From a virus, in the IMG/VR virus record IMGVR_UViG_3300027867_000003, positions 20,798 through 84,797 of that record: DNA of 64,000 nt. One strand, 5' to 3'. Under the pieces are notes generated by a model. That model had not been told where the DNA came from. It made no database searches and was given only the letters and a program-made list of their open reading frames with translations. The translations under genes and the position numbers were made by a program. Shown here piece by piece: positions 9,430 to 18,371 of this stretch (positions are counted from its first letter, which is position 1; each line of letters starts with the position of its first letter).

Positions 9430-9609
9430 AGTCGGAACCTGAAGGCTGTCAAAAGGATCGGCCCGGAACCGCGGGGACCGAAGTCCGGGAGGCTCAACGG
9501 GCCGATAAGTCTGTCCCACCACAAGAGAGAAGGGGCGCCAGAGCCGAGGATGTACCGCGAGGCACAAGATGCAGGCTCACATCTGGCTTACTCGGTTTTG
9601 AAGGGGGTG

Positions 9610-10080
9610 TCAAGCCCCAATTTTCGCCGAGGCCCATTCGGCGAGGAAGGAGCCTATTAGGCATACCTTATCGTGGGGTGCATTCTCTGCGACAACTGAT
9701 AGTCCTTTTTCGTGCCACCGCTTAACTTGGCGACGATCGCTTTCTAGAATCTTGGCTATTCCGAGCCACTGATGTATATAGCGCCCCGTGACTGGATTGA
9801 CTAAAGCTCTAAGCTGAAGAACACGACGGCGCTTAGGATCTGAATCTGCAAGGGGAAGGCTGAGAATTTGGTCCATTATGGGGATTTCGGCGGCTGAGGG
9901 AGCCATTGCAGATATTCGCATCTGGCCGCGGAACTCCAGGACTTGGAATTTTTCTAAATTATAATCAGGCCAGGCAACATGAAAGTCAGCTGGGCGTAGT
10001 CCTACGGAGGGCATTGCCATCAACCGACCTCCGGCCCATTCAAGCCACCACTGAAGTTGCTCTGGGTCTAGTTTTCCCAC
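9610..10080 (-). CDS. Antiterminator-Q-like / DUF6362-like HTH regulator
   Basis: PSAAEI...RRRVLQLRA...W..IAKIL..DRRQVKRWHEKGL pattern; upstream of packaging genes. Confidence 0.55.
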   Translation of the reverse strand: MGKLDPEQLQWWLEWAGGRLMAMPSVGLRPADFHVAWPDYNLEKFQVLEFRGQMRISAMAPSAAEIPIMDQILSLPLADSDPKRRRVLQLRALVNPVTGRYIHQWLGIAKILESDRRQVKRWHEKGLSVVAENAPHDKVCLIGSFLAEWASAKIGA

Positions 10081-10092
10081 GGTTGGATCTTC

Positions 10093-10548
10093 CTAGAACC
10101 TGAGGGGGGTTGTCTCTAGCCACTGAAACAGGTGTGGGGGGCGGATTTCTCGCCAGTCGAGAAGCGGCTTTGGGGCCTCAGGTGAGAGGCGCTTGACGAC
10201 GACCAAAGGCACAGTGCTTTTATTTAGGGCCTTTGTGACGACGGGGCAATAGAGATCAGTGAGCTTGGGAAGCGCAGAAGAGATCCAGGTATATTTAACT
10301 TCGATAACGATGATAAATCGGCCCGAAGGATCATGGAGAAGAACGTCTGGGCTACAGGCGTTGGGGCCTTCGATGTCGTCGACATAGGAGAACCAGGGAT
10401 TGAATTCGATTTGGAAATCTGTTTCGGTTATGGCTTTCTGTAGGGATTTTTGAAATCGTCTCTCGTAGCGAAGTCCGAGGACGATACCGGGCTTTTGAGA
10501 TCGGGATGGTCGATGAAGTCGGGGGCATCGTTGGGCAGAGATAATCAC
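10093..10548 (-). CDS. PD-(D/E)xK nuclease
   Basis: YE...SPDVLL...IIVIEVK motif. Confidence 0.65.
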   Translation of the reverse strand: MIISAQRCPRLHRPSRSQKPGIVLGLRYERRFQKSLQKAITETDFQIEFNPWFSYVDDIEGPNACSPDVLLHDPSGRFIIVIEVKYTWISSALPKLTDLYCPVVTKALNKSTVPLVVVKRLSPEAPKPLLDWREIRPPHLFQWLETTPLRF

Positions 10549-11144
10549 TCGGGCTTCTCCGCCCCTGGGATTTCGTTCCCGTCTTGATCGATCGTCTTAC
10601 GGATGTCCCGAGGCCCCATGTTAAAGGTGACGTTGACCGGGGCAGCTGGGAGCGTGTTGGCCGTCTTGGGAGGCGCCACTGTACGGTCGAAACCGAAGGC
10701 CCCGATTTGACGAAGTTCGCCAATTGGGAGCGTTTCGGCCTTTGCTGGGTCATCCAATCTTTCTTGGAGAATATCGGTTGCGGTTTCGGCGAGAATTCGA
10801 AGCTTTGTCTGAACCCTCTCGATTTCCTGCAAACTTCCTTCGGTGACCTGTTCGCGATAATAGTCGCAAAGGTGATTGAACGACGGGTCGGCCTGGAGTT
10901 GGGTAATTCGCTGGGGGGTGCAGCCAACTAGGAAGGCCGTTTCGCGGACGTTTTTGCCACTAGCAAGATGTCTTGCGGCCGCGTGATGAGAGGCTTTGAG
11001 GCGCTGAATGGGAGGAACTGAGACTGGGGTTCGGGGCTCAGATGAAAGGCGAGCGATGTCCTCGGCCGTTAGTTCGCGTTCGACGGTCATAATGAGCCCG
11101 GTTCCGCCGGGGCGACCTCGGGAAGGGAGAAGATCATGGGCCAT
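10545..11144 (-). CDS. Terminase small subunit candidate (HTH protein)
   Basis: HTH-like ASGKNVRETAFLVGCTPQRITQL, central helices and C-terminal VNVTFNMG strand, typical of TerS; upstream of terL. Confidence 0.45.
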   Translation of the reverse strand: MAHDLLPSRGRPGGTGLIMTVERELTAEDIARLSSEPRTPVSVPPIQRLKASHHAAARHLASGKNVRETAFLVGCTPQRITQLQADPSFNHLCDYYREQVTEGSLQEIERVQTKLRILAETATDILQERLDDPAKAETLPIGELRQIGAFGFDRTVAPPKTANTLPAAPVNVTFNMGPRDIRKTIDQDGNEIPGAEKPE

Positions 11145-11161
11145 GAGGGTTCCCCCTTCCC

Positions 11162-11497
11162 TTAGGTCGCAGAGCGAGGGCTGATCGACAATCGAATCTC
11201 GGCGCCGTAGCCGACGCGGCCCACCCGCGGGGGTCGGTTGGTCCAAGCGTCGAGGATTCCCGACGTTGCTGACAGGCGGGTCCAACGATAGAATCGGCCG
11301 CCCATTTTCCCTGCTTCGCGAATGGCTAAGGTGAGAACCTCGTCACCCTCGCCCGAGACATTGATCGAAATCGTTGGATCGACTCCTTCGACCTCACCGT
11401 TGAGAACCAGCCATGCGGAATGGCTCTCAGGGAGGGAGGAAGAGGAACCAACGTCGGGGTCGAAGGGTTGGTTTTCGACCAAATTAAGGTGGGTCAT
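11162..11497 (-). CDS. Hypothetical protein
   Basis: 111-aa ORF, AAGGA RBS. Confidence 0.5.
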   Translation of the reverse strand: MTHLNLVENQPFDPDVGSSSSLPESHSAWLVLNGEVEGVDPTISINVSGEGDEVLTLAIREAGKMGGRFYRWTRLSATSGILDAWTNRPPRVGRVGYGAEIRLSISPRSAT

Positions 11498-11761
11498 GGA
11501 AAGGGTCCTTTGGACAATTGGTTTCGCGGCTGGAGAGCGGGAGTTCGGGCGACTGTAGAACGGTTGGCATTGGTCTTGGTTCCTTTGGTTAGATTGGGCC
11601 GACTGTCCCCCCTAAGGCATACAATGTTTCCGAATTACTTCTGGGGTCAAAAATTGCTCGCGATTTGGGAGAGTCCCTGGTCAGGGTGTGGGTATCCTGG
11701 TCCAGAGGACTCCGTTTTCTGAGACGGGTCCTCGGACCTAAGATACAACCGAAAGGTCTGT

Positions 11762-11980
11762 TCACCCACCTAGGGGCGGTTGTCTTGTTCGCGGCTTGCG
11801 AACCAAAGTCATTTCCCAAAAACGGACCGGCTCTTGCGACGGAAACTTGTGTAGTTCAATGAAGGCATATAGGCGATTATCGTTATAATACTCAATCGCC
11901 TGTTTTCGGTTGTCGAAAAACTCTGCCATTCCATTATAGCAAAGTTCTACCATATAACGTTTTGTCTTTGTGGTGGTCAT
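11762..11980 (-). CDS. Hypothetical protein
   Basis: 72-aa AT-rich ORF with RBS. Confidence 0.4.
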   Translation of the reverse strand: MTTTKTKRYMVELCYNGMAEFFDNRKQAIEYYNDNRLYAFIELHKFPSQEPVRFWEMTLVRKPRTRQPPLGG

Positions 11981-12006
11981 CTTTCCGGCCCTTTCGCGTG
12001 AAAGAT

Positions 12007-12030
12007 GGGAGGGAACAACTGTTCCCTCCC
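12007..12030 (-). terminator. Hairpin downstream of the 12045-12632 gene
   Basis: Perfect inverted repeat GGGAGGGAACA/TGTTCCCTCCC followed by ATCTTTC on the minus strand. Confidence 0.5.
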
Positions 12031-12044
12031 TCGTTGCGCCCGTC

Positions 12045-12632
12045 TTAAAGGGCGATGTCGATGGCGGCGTCGGTCTTAGGCGCGACCTTCGCGCGCTTGC
12101 GATCCTTCGCCGGGACGATTGCCCGACCGGACTCCTGCGCCGATTTCACGGCATTGGCGAAAATCCGGCTGCGGTGCTTCTCGGCCGTCTGCTCGACCAC
12201 CAACTTGCGCGCGTCCTTCTCGACCTTCGTGGCGTCCTTGCCGAGTTCGCCGAGCTTGCCGTCGACCGCATTAGCGACCGCGACGAAGTAGGCTGCCTCG
12301 TGCGCGTCGTTGTTCTTCGCGCTCGGCCCGTTGCCCGCGTACAGCTTGTCGATTGCCGATTGCAGGCTCTCGCCGTCGTAGTTCTGTCCGACGCGGTTGC
12401 GGGCGTATTCAGCCCACGACTGGAACAGATAGGGGCGGGCGGCCGGCTCGACGTTGGCGAAACCGGCGAGCGCCCGAAGGACGGCCAACATGCCGTTGAC
12501 TTCGATCTCGACCTGATTGTCGTGGATGCCGAACTTGCGCGCCGCAGCGGCGGCCAGCCAGGCCTCATGATCAGGATTGGCCTCGCCAGCCGGCTCTACG
12601 GGGCGCACGTGGCTCTGTGTGCTCTGTGCCAT
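12045..12632 (-). CDS. Hypothetical protein ending in AAIDIAL tag
   Basis: 195 aa, strongly GC3-biased codons, RBS GAAGG. Confidence 0.75.
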   Translation of the reverse strand: MAQSTQSHVRPVEPAGEANPDHEAWLAAAAARKFGIHDNQVEIEVNGMLAVLRALAGFANVEPAARPYLFQSWAEYARNRVGQNYDGESLQSAIDKLYAGNGPSAKNNDAHEAAYFVAVANAVDGKLGELGKDATKVEKDARKLVVEQTAEKHRSRIFANAVKSAQESGRAIVPAKDRKRAKVAPKTDAAIDIAL

Positions 12633-13019
12633 GATGTTTTGCCTTCTCTCTCATTGGATGGCTCGGGCGGGCTTGCCCGAGCTTCTGTGCCAGCGGTAGC
12701 CGCACTGGCGCGGGTGGCGCGGCGGCCGAACCGCCCGTATCGAAACCACGATTGGGAGTATAGCCTCGCGCGCGCGTGAAGGGAAGAAAATCGCAGCCGG
12801 GAGCCACGGTGTTTTTGCATAGCTTCGGCGGCGTTGGGGGCGCGCAGCGCCGCCGAATGCATGGCTCGGGAAGCTCGATTGTCGAACCCCCGCGTCGTCC
12901 AGAAGATCGGGCTTTCTCGACTTGCGAACCCCTCGCATCGCCGGGGGCGAAGCTGCCTTATAACATAGGCAAAAACAAAAAATCGACGGGGGATTTTCTC
13001 CAACATAGGGATCATTGCC

Positions 13020-13600
13020 TCTTAACATATCTCCCGACCTAATTTTTGGGGCGCCCCTGGGGTAGGTGATTGTCGGGAGATCGGGCGCTACTTAACATTG
13101 GCCCCTGTTAATGGTAGATTATACTAGATAGTAACACTGGCCTCCGATATTAAAGGGCATGTGTTCGGGGGTATGACGGGTCCGGGGGGCGGATTGGGCA
13201 TACAACCTCCGTTTGTCGAAATAGCTATTTTGTAGAAACAGTCTCTTCGACCTCAGAGTTCTTTCGACCTAAGTCCATTGTATGCCTCTTCTAAAAAAAG
13301 AAAAAAAAAATAAAAAAAAAATATAAAAAATATATACATACAAAGGCACTTCGACCTTGGGGAAGCTTCGACCTAACTTCCTTACAAAGTCGGAACAAGG
13401 TTCCCGACTAACCAAGGTTGTATGCCCAATAGGCCAGACCCCTTTGTAAATGGCCTGTAAACAGGGAATACCCGGTTTAACATCGGACGGGTTTAATCAA
13501 GTCCAGTATTCCCCCCTATCAACCACTCCCATTGTATGCTCCCTAACCCCCTTCCACCTCGCCCACATGCCCTTTAACATTGCCCCCGATTATCACTACC
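13020..13600. promoter_or_regulatory. Divergent control region / putative replication origin
   Basis: A-tract at about 13293-13340; TTCGACCT x4 (13246, 13263, 13350, 13367); 16-bp inverted repeat 13193-13208/13415-13430; 14-bp inverted repeat 13150-13163/13564-13577; lies at the strand switch. Confidence 0.6.
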
Positions 13601-13673
13601 CAGTATACTCCCCCATCAGGGCGAATTTTCCCGACCTTCACAACCCATCCCTATATATAGGAGAACTCCAGTC

Positions 13674-14180
13674 ATGCCCATCTCCCAGGACCGCATGATG
13701 AATTTGATCCGCGCTGCCGACTTCCTCCTTAGCCGATTCAAACAGATGGATCATCAAGCCGATGTCCTGAGCGTCGAGGCCCGAGGAGCAATCACAGAGA
13801 TCAGGTCCTTTGGCCTCAACCCCGATCATCCTTCCTGGGGTCCCATAGGACGACTTATCAGCGCCGCTGAAACCCTCAGCAACATTATAAATACCGAGGT
13901 TCCGATAAACCACATCATCACGATCGCCGAGGAAAGAGGTCACTTCAACTCCCGTGCCGCGGCAAACGTCCGCGCCCGGAAATACCAGCGTCGAAAGCGC
14001 GGCCTCGACCCCAACGCTGAGCCCCCACTACGGCAGCAGCGGATCGACTCTCGATCCCCTGAAGCCAACCCCGTGTCACCCGACACCTATATACCTCCCA
14101 ATTCCAGCCAAATCGAAGAAAGACTCCGATCAACAGGGCTTTTCGACTCCGACGGAAACATCATCCCAGGGAAGATATAG
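13674..14180 (+). CDS. Hypothetical protein (basic patch, possibly DNA-binding)
   Basis: 168 aa, AGGAG RBS, RARKYQRRKR; first gene after the origin-like region. Confidence 0.7.
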   Translation: MPISQDRMMNLIRAADFLLSRFKQMDHQADVLSVEARGAITEIRSFGLNPDHPSWGPIGRLISAAETLSNIINTEVPINHIITIAEERGHFNSRAAANVRARKYQRRKRGLDPNAEPPLRQQRIDSRSPEANPVSPDTYIPPNSSQIEERLRSTGLFDSDGNIIPGKI

Positions 14181-14191
14181 GATAAACGAAA

Positions 14192-14827
14192 ATGATAAAC
14201 ATTCAAGACATAGAAATTGTTATCCCCGATGTTTATACATTTATAGAAAATAATAACATATGTGCCTACTGCGGGGAAAAGCAATATTGTCACGATCATT
14301 TTCTACCAATTTCTGTGCAGAAGGTATTAAAACCTATATTATATACCAAGAATGCTGAATTTTTAATACCATCTTGCTACGAATGTAACAGCCTAGTTGC
14401 CTGCATACCGTTTGCCACGGTAAGCCACAAAATCGCTCATGTATCTAAGATTTACGAGAACCGTTCAGTATCGAATAGTCAATTTTGGACCGACGAGCAG
14501 AAGAGCAGTTTTGCATACAGGGCTTTGTGGTCTATAGCTAGCAATCCAAATATAAAAGAGCTTATAAAAATAAGATTGGATTTGCCTAAGTTGGGAACTC
14601 CTGAATGCAACTATCTAATTGAACAGGTTTTAGGAACTCCAATGCCCATAATAGTTAAAAAGTCCATCATACGCGGCTTGACCCAGTTTTCCACAACCAT
14701 TAGTTGTGCGTTCAAGGTACGATTCAATTCAAATCCAAAACGCAAGGTATATCAACAGCTTACTGATCCTAAATTCCCCTTGTATGCCTCCCCCCCACTA
14801 TGCTACCATGCTCCCGAGGCAATCTAG
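14192..14827 (+). CDS. HNH endonuclease
   Basis: CAYCG...HDHFLP...LIPSCYECN; AT-rich insert. Confidence 0.75.
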   Translation: MINIQDIEIVIPDVYTFIENNNICAYCGEKQYCHDHFLPISVQKVLKPILYTKNAEFLIPSCYECNSLVACIPFATVSHKIAHVSKIYENRSVSNSQFWTDEQKSSFAYRALWSIASNPNIKELIKIRLDLPKLGTPECNYLIEQVLGTPMPIIVKKSIIRGLTQFSTTISCAFKVRFNSNPKRKVYQQLTDPKFPLYASPPLCYHAPEAI

Positions 14828-14892
14828 CCTCGACCAACCGGAGACGCTGAAATGCCCGCTCCTCATAAGATCACACTGCTACAGGAGACCCA

Positions 14893-15420
14893 TTGATGAC
14901 CCCCGGCCTCCCGACCGTAGTCCTTTGCCTCCGCCCCGACGGGACAATCCAAGCCGAGGCGCCCGGAGCCAACGGAACCAGGGTCAAGTTGGACGACTCC
15001 CTGCTGCGGAATCTTCCCCCCCAGTATCAAGACTCCCTAGTTGAACAGCAGAACCGTCTGCGGCGCAAAGCCCAAGACGAAGCCCTTGAACGTAATCGCT
15101 GGGTCTTCAACTATGTCGCCGAGACTCACAACCACGGCTCCGAGTCGGGCGAAGCCTTTGCCCGTCGAACCGTCGGCCGCACTGTCCGAACCCCTCAGGG
15201 CATTCGAAATGTCCTCGCCCGCTCTGGCTTTTCGAAGGCCGAGATCGACCTTATGGAATCTCGGGGCGAGCTGACGGGGAGCGCCTTTTTCTCGTCGATC
15301 GAAACCGAGGACCGCATTGCCCGCATGAGGGAGACGGGAGAATCGACAGCCAAGGTCAAGCGGGCCAAATCCGGCCCCGTCGACCTGTCTCAGGCCGTCG
15401 ACATCACAGACTTGTTCTAG
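14893..15420 (+). CDS. Hypothetical protein ending QAVDITDLF
   Basis: AGGAG RBS, 175 aa. Confidence 0.75.
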   Translation: MMTPGLPTVVLCLRPDGTIQAEAPGANGTRVKLDDSLLRNLPPQYQDSLVEQQNRLRRKAQDEALERNRWVFNYVAETHNHGSESGEAFARRTVGRTVRTPQGIRNVLARSGFSKAEIDLMESRGELTGSAFFSSIETEDRIARMRETGESTAKVKRAKSGPVDLSQAVDITDLF

Positions 15421-15774
15421 GGAGAAGGACATGGTAAAAGTAACCTGTTTAGGTCTAGGCTCAGAGTCGCCCCCAACGACTAAGGAAATACCCTCTCAAG
15501 ATCAATACGGCCCTCACATGTCTACTCAGGGCGTCCAAGTTCTTATACCACTTAGTGCCTATGAACGACTCGTAAACTGGGCAAGTGTCAGACGAACATT
15601 GAATGGCGTTCTGTCATCTAATGAAGATAGCCTAGACGAACTGCACGACATCAGTTCTGCACTGGCAGAATGCCACGAAGCAATTCGTCAGCATTGGAAG
15701 GGGATTTCCCAGTGACCGAAATCGGCGTGAAGCGGGCCCATCGACATCACAGACCTTGTTCTAGCAGAAGGACA
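15398..15774 (+). repeat. ~34-bp imperfect direct repeat flanking gene 15431-15715
   Basis: TCGACATCACAGACTTGTTCTAGGGAGAAGGACA (15398-15431) vs TCGACATCACAGACCTTGTTCTAGCAGAAGGACA (15741-15774). Confidence 0.8.
15431..15715 (+). CDS. Hypothetical protein
   Basis: 94 aa with GGAG RBS. Confidence 0.6.
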   Translation: MVKVTCLGLGSESPPTTKEIPSQDQYGPHMSTQGVQVLIPLSAYERLVNWASVRRTLNGVLSSNEDSLDELHDISSALAECHEAIRQHWKGISQ

Positions 15775-15783
15775 GACCCTCAA

Positions 15784-15987
15784 ATGTCAGAACTATTCTC
15801 CGTTGGAAACTGCCGCGTGGTTAGGATAAGCCCCTATAGGTGGCAAGTCATCGACGACATAGATCGTATCCTCCTGAGCACAGCATACCGAGGGATCGCA
15901 GATCGCTTCAAAGAAACTTATAACCATCGCGGCAGCGAGTTCAACCTAACGACCGGCAAAGAGCAAGAGAAGGATCAAAGCCGATGA
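15784..15987 (+). CDS. Hypothetical protein
   Basis: Likely start MSELFS; RBS AAGGA. Confidence 0.5.
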   Translation: MSELFSVGNCRVVRISPYRWQVIDDIDRILLSTAYRGIADRFKETYNHRGSEFNLTTGKEQEKDQSR

Positions 15988-16451
15988 CCAATCATGTCGC
16001 CTTAGACGAATACCACAGACGATCTCAGGTTCTCCACGACTTCACCGTCGACGAATATGGGGTCATCCAAGATCCCGGAAAATTCGAAGGTCAGATGCTC
16101 TACGTCCCAGTCTTCTGGTCCTATGTCCTCGATGGCTGTGGCGAAGATGATCCCGACGACGAAACGGCCGCTTGGTTCGACATCGAAGAATCTGATCTCG
16201 CCGAGTTTCCCGAACTCACGGGTGTCTCAAAGGTCCGTCTCTATGAATCCGACACCGGATTTGTCATCTGTGAGTGCTTCACGCAGGACGAACTCGCGGA
16301 TCTGGAAGCGAGCCCAAAATCGTCCATTCGTTGTCCCGACTGCGAAATGCTCTCGATCAACGGCGTTCCGTGCCACGAAACCGGATGTCCCAATTCCCGA
16401 AAGCAGTGGAACCCCGAGACCGAGGAATGGACCTCGGAGGACAACCTCTAA
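15984..16451 (+). CDS. Acidic protein with C-terminal Cys/His finger
   Basis: PGKFEG N-terminal domain; CPDC...INGVPCHETGC. Confidence 0.7.
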   Translation: MTNHVALDEYHRRSQVLHDFTVDEYGVIQDPGKFEGQMLYVPVFWSYVLDGCGEDDPDDETAAWFDIEESDLAEFPELTGVSKVRLYESDTGFVICECFTQDELADLEASPKSSIRCPDCEMLSINGVPCHETGCPNSRKQWNPETEEWTSEDNL

Positions 16452-16696
16452 TGTCCATCTTCACCCGACGCCACTACATCTGGCTCGCCGAAGTCGGTCG
16501 ACAGATGATCGCCGCCGACCTCGATCGAAGCTCTAAGATCGACAAATGTATCCAAGTCCTCGCAACGGCTCTCGAAGCCGAATCTCCCGCCTTCAACCAC
16601 GACAGATTCATGAAGGCCATTTACGACCCCTCGGTCGACCTTTCAACCTCTAACGAAATGGAAACGAGCGATGTCCGTTCCACAAAGAGCCGCTGA
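16451..16696 (+). CDS. Hypothetical protein, paralog of 20047-20307
   Basis: IFTRRHY...ESPAFNHDRFMKA vs IFSKRHY...DNPAFNADRFLKA. Confidence 0.7.
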   Translation: MSIFTRRHYIWLAEVGRQMIAADLDRSSKIDKCIQVLATALEAESPAFNHDRFMKAIYDPSVDLSTSNEMETSDVRSTKSR

Positions 16697-18371
16697 ACTA
16701 TACGCCGAGATCGAACGTCTGATCGGCCCCCCAAGGCCCTACGATCGAGAAAGTCAGAAGAATCCCCGATCCGACACCGAAGTCCGTCTCCTTCGTCAGT
16801 GGCTAATCGCCAAGGGCGTCCCTGAGGCCGCAGCCTATCGCGCCTCGACCTACGTCCTCAACGGTGCTTGGAACGGTCAGGATAGATACATCCGTCCAAT
16901 GATCGAAGAGGCGACTACGAAGACCGCATCTCGTCGTCGGACCTCAGCTGCTATTGACATCGGCGACGCCTTCGCGCCATCGGAGATCGACCAACATCTC
17001 GGTGTTCCAAAATCAAGGCCAGTCGCCCCAGACAGCCGCGAGACCAAGTCCTCCATCTTCGACGACTCCGCCGCCGACGACCTCGAACGTGAGATAACTC
17101 AGCGTCTGTCGGCCCGATTCGAAGCCCAGCGTCAGGACGACCTAAGGAGGATCAAAAGCCTCTCCGAGGCCCTGAGTTGCCGAGAGTCGGAAGTCGAACT
17201 GGCTGAAACCGAGGCTCGTCGTCAGGCTGAAGCCGCCATCGCCGACAATCAAAAGAAGATCGCCGCTGCAACCGAGGCACTCAGGGCAACAGCTCTATTG
17301 CTCGAAGCTGACGAAACAATCGCTCCCTCGACCCGAGAAGAGGCCGCTGGAGCACTGCGCCAGTCGGCCAATCTTCTCGAAGGCCGCGAAACGGCGATCG
17401 AAGGTCCGAAGTCCGAGGCTCCTGCAATCAGCACCGAGCCCCAGATCCCAGATACCCGGACAATCGCAGCCCGCGACCTATTTGGCAATGCTATCGGCGA
17501 CGGCCTCCTAGTTCCCCGCTTCGCCGAAAGGACGGAATTCGTCCCCGCGATCGACCCCGATTACGTCTTCGACCCCGAGACGACCTTTTCCATCCTTCTC
17601 GGTTTCACCGCGAATCGACGGGTCTTAATCAGCGGCAAACACGGCACCGGCAAGACCAGTCACGTCGAACAGGTTGCCGCGAGACTGAATTGGCCCTTTG
17701 TGAGACTGAACCTAGATGGTCATATCAGCCGAACCGACCTAATTGGCCGCGACGCAATCGTCATCGAATCAGGATTGCAGAAAACCGCCTTCAAAGAGGG
17801 CATTCTCCCTTGGTCGATGCAACAGCCAATGGCCCTCTGCCTCGACGAATACGACGCCGGACGACCCGATGTCCTATTCGTCGTCCAACGGCTTTTGGAA
17901 GCTGATGGTCGATTGACCATTGCCGAGCAAAATCGCGTCATCGAGCCGCATGAGGCATTCAGACTATTTGCAACCGCGAACACCGTCGGCTTGGGAGATT
18001 CCTCCGGTCTTTATCACGGAACCAATCCCCTCAATGCTGCCCAGATGGACCGTTGGTCAATCGTCGTCAAGCTCGACTATCTGCCCGCCGAGCACGAATG
18101 CCGGATAATCAAATCCAAATGCCCCACGCTTCGCGACGACACGATCGCCTCAATGGTAAATGTTGCCTCAGCAGTCCGAAAGCTCTTCGCCGCCGGAAAG
18201 ATCTCGACCGTCATGAGCCCCCGCACCGTCATTATCTGGGCCGAAAACGCCGGTCTGATGCACAACGATCTTCGGCGGGCTTTCACCATGACCTTTCTGA
18301 ACAAATGTGACGAAACCGAACAGCCCGACATCCTGAGCTGTTTCGACACCGCCTTCGGCCGGAGGCCGTGA
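16671..18371 (+). CDS. cobS: CobS-like MoxR AAA+ ATPase with ~255-aa N-terminal extension
   Basis: VPAIDPDYVFD..., Walker A GKHGTGKT, LCLDEYDAGRPDV, FATANT; closely resembles alphaproteobacterial CobS. Confidence 0.85.
   Translation: MSVPQRAAELYAEIERLIGPPRPYDRESQKNPRSDTEVRLLRQWLIAKGVPEAAAYRASTYVLNGAWNGQDRYIRPMIEEATTKTASRRRTSAAIDIGDAFAPSEIDQHLGVPKSRPVAPDSRETKSSIFDDSAADDLEREITQRLSARFEAQRQDDLRRIKSLSEALSCRESEVELAETEARRQAEAAIADNQKKIAAATEALRATALLLEADETIAPSTREEAAGALRQSANLLEGRETAIEGPKSEAPAISTEPQIPDTRTIAARDLFGNAIGDGLLVPRFAERTEFVPAIDPDYVFDPETTFSILLGFTANRRVLISGKHGTGKTSHVEQVAARLNWPFVRLNLDGHISRTDLIGRDAIVIESGLQKTAFKEGILPWSMQQPMALCLDEYDAGRPDVLFVVQRLLEADGRLTIAEQNRVIEPHEAFRLFATANTVGLGDSSGLYHGTNPLNAAQMDRWSIVVKLDYLPAEHECRIIKSKCPTLRDDTIASMVNVASAVRKLFAAGKISTVMSPRTVIIWAENAGLMHNDLRRAFTMTFLNKCDETEQPDILSCFDTAFGRRP

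Noticed and set aside
12633-13042. Several overlapping Arg/Ala-rich ORFs
   Set aside because: GC-rich leader region with no consistent codon bias or RBS; likely non-coding.
10545-14180. Shared C-terminal D.DGN.IPG in 10545-11144 and 13674-14180
   Set aside because: Only two instances of a common beta-turn motif; insufficient to call a second tag.
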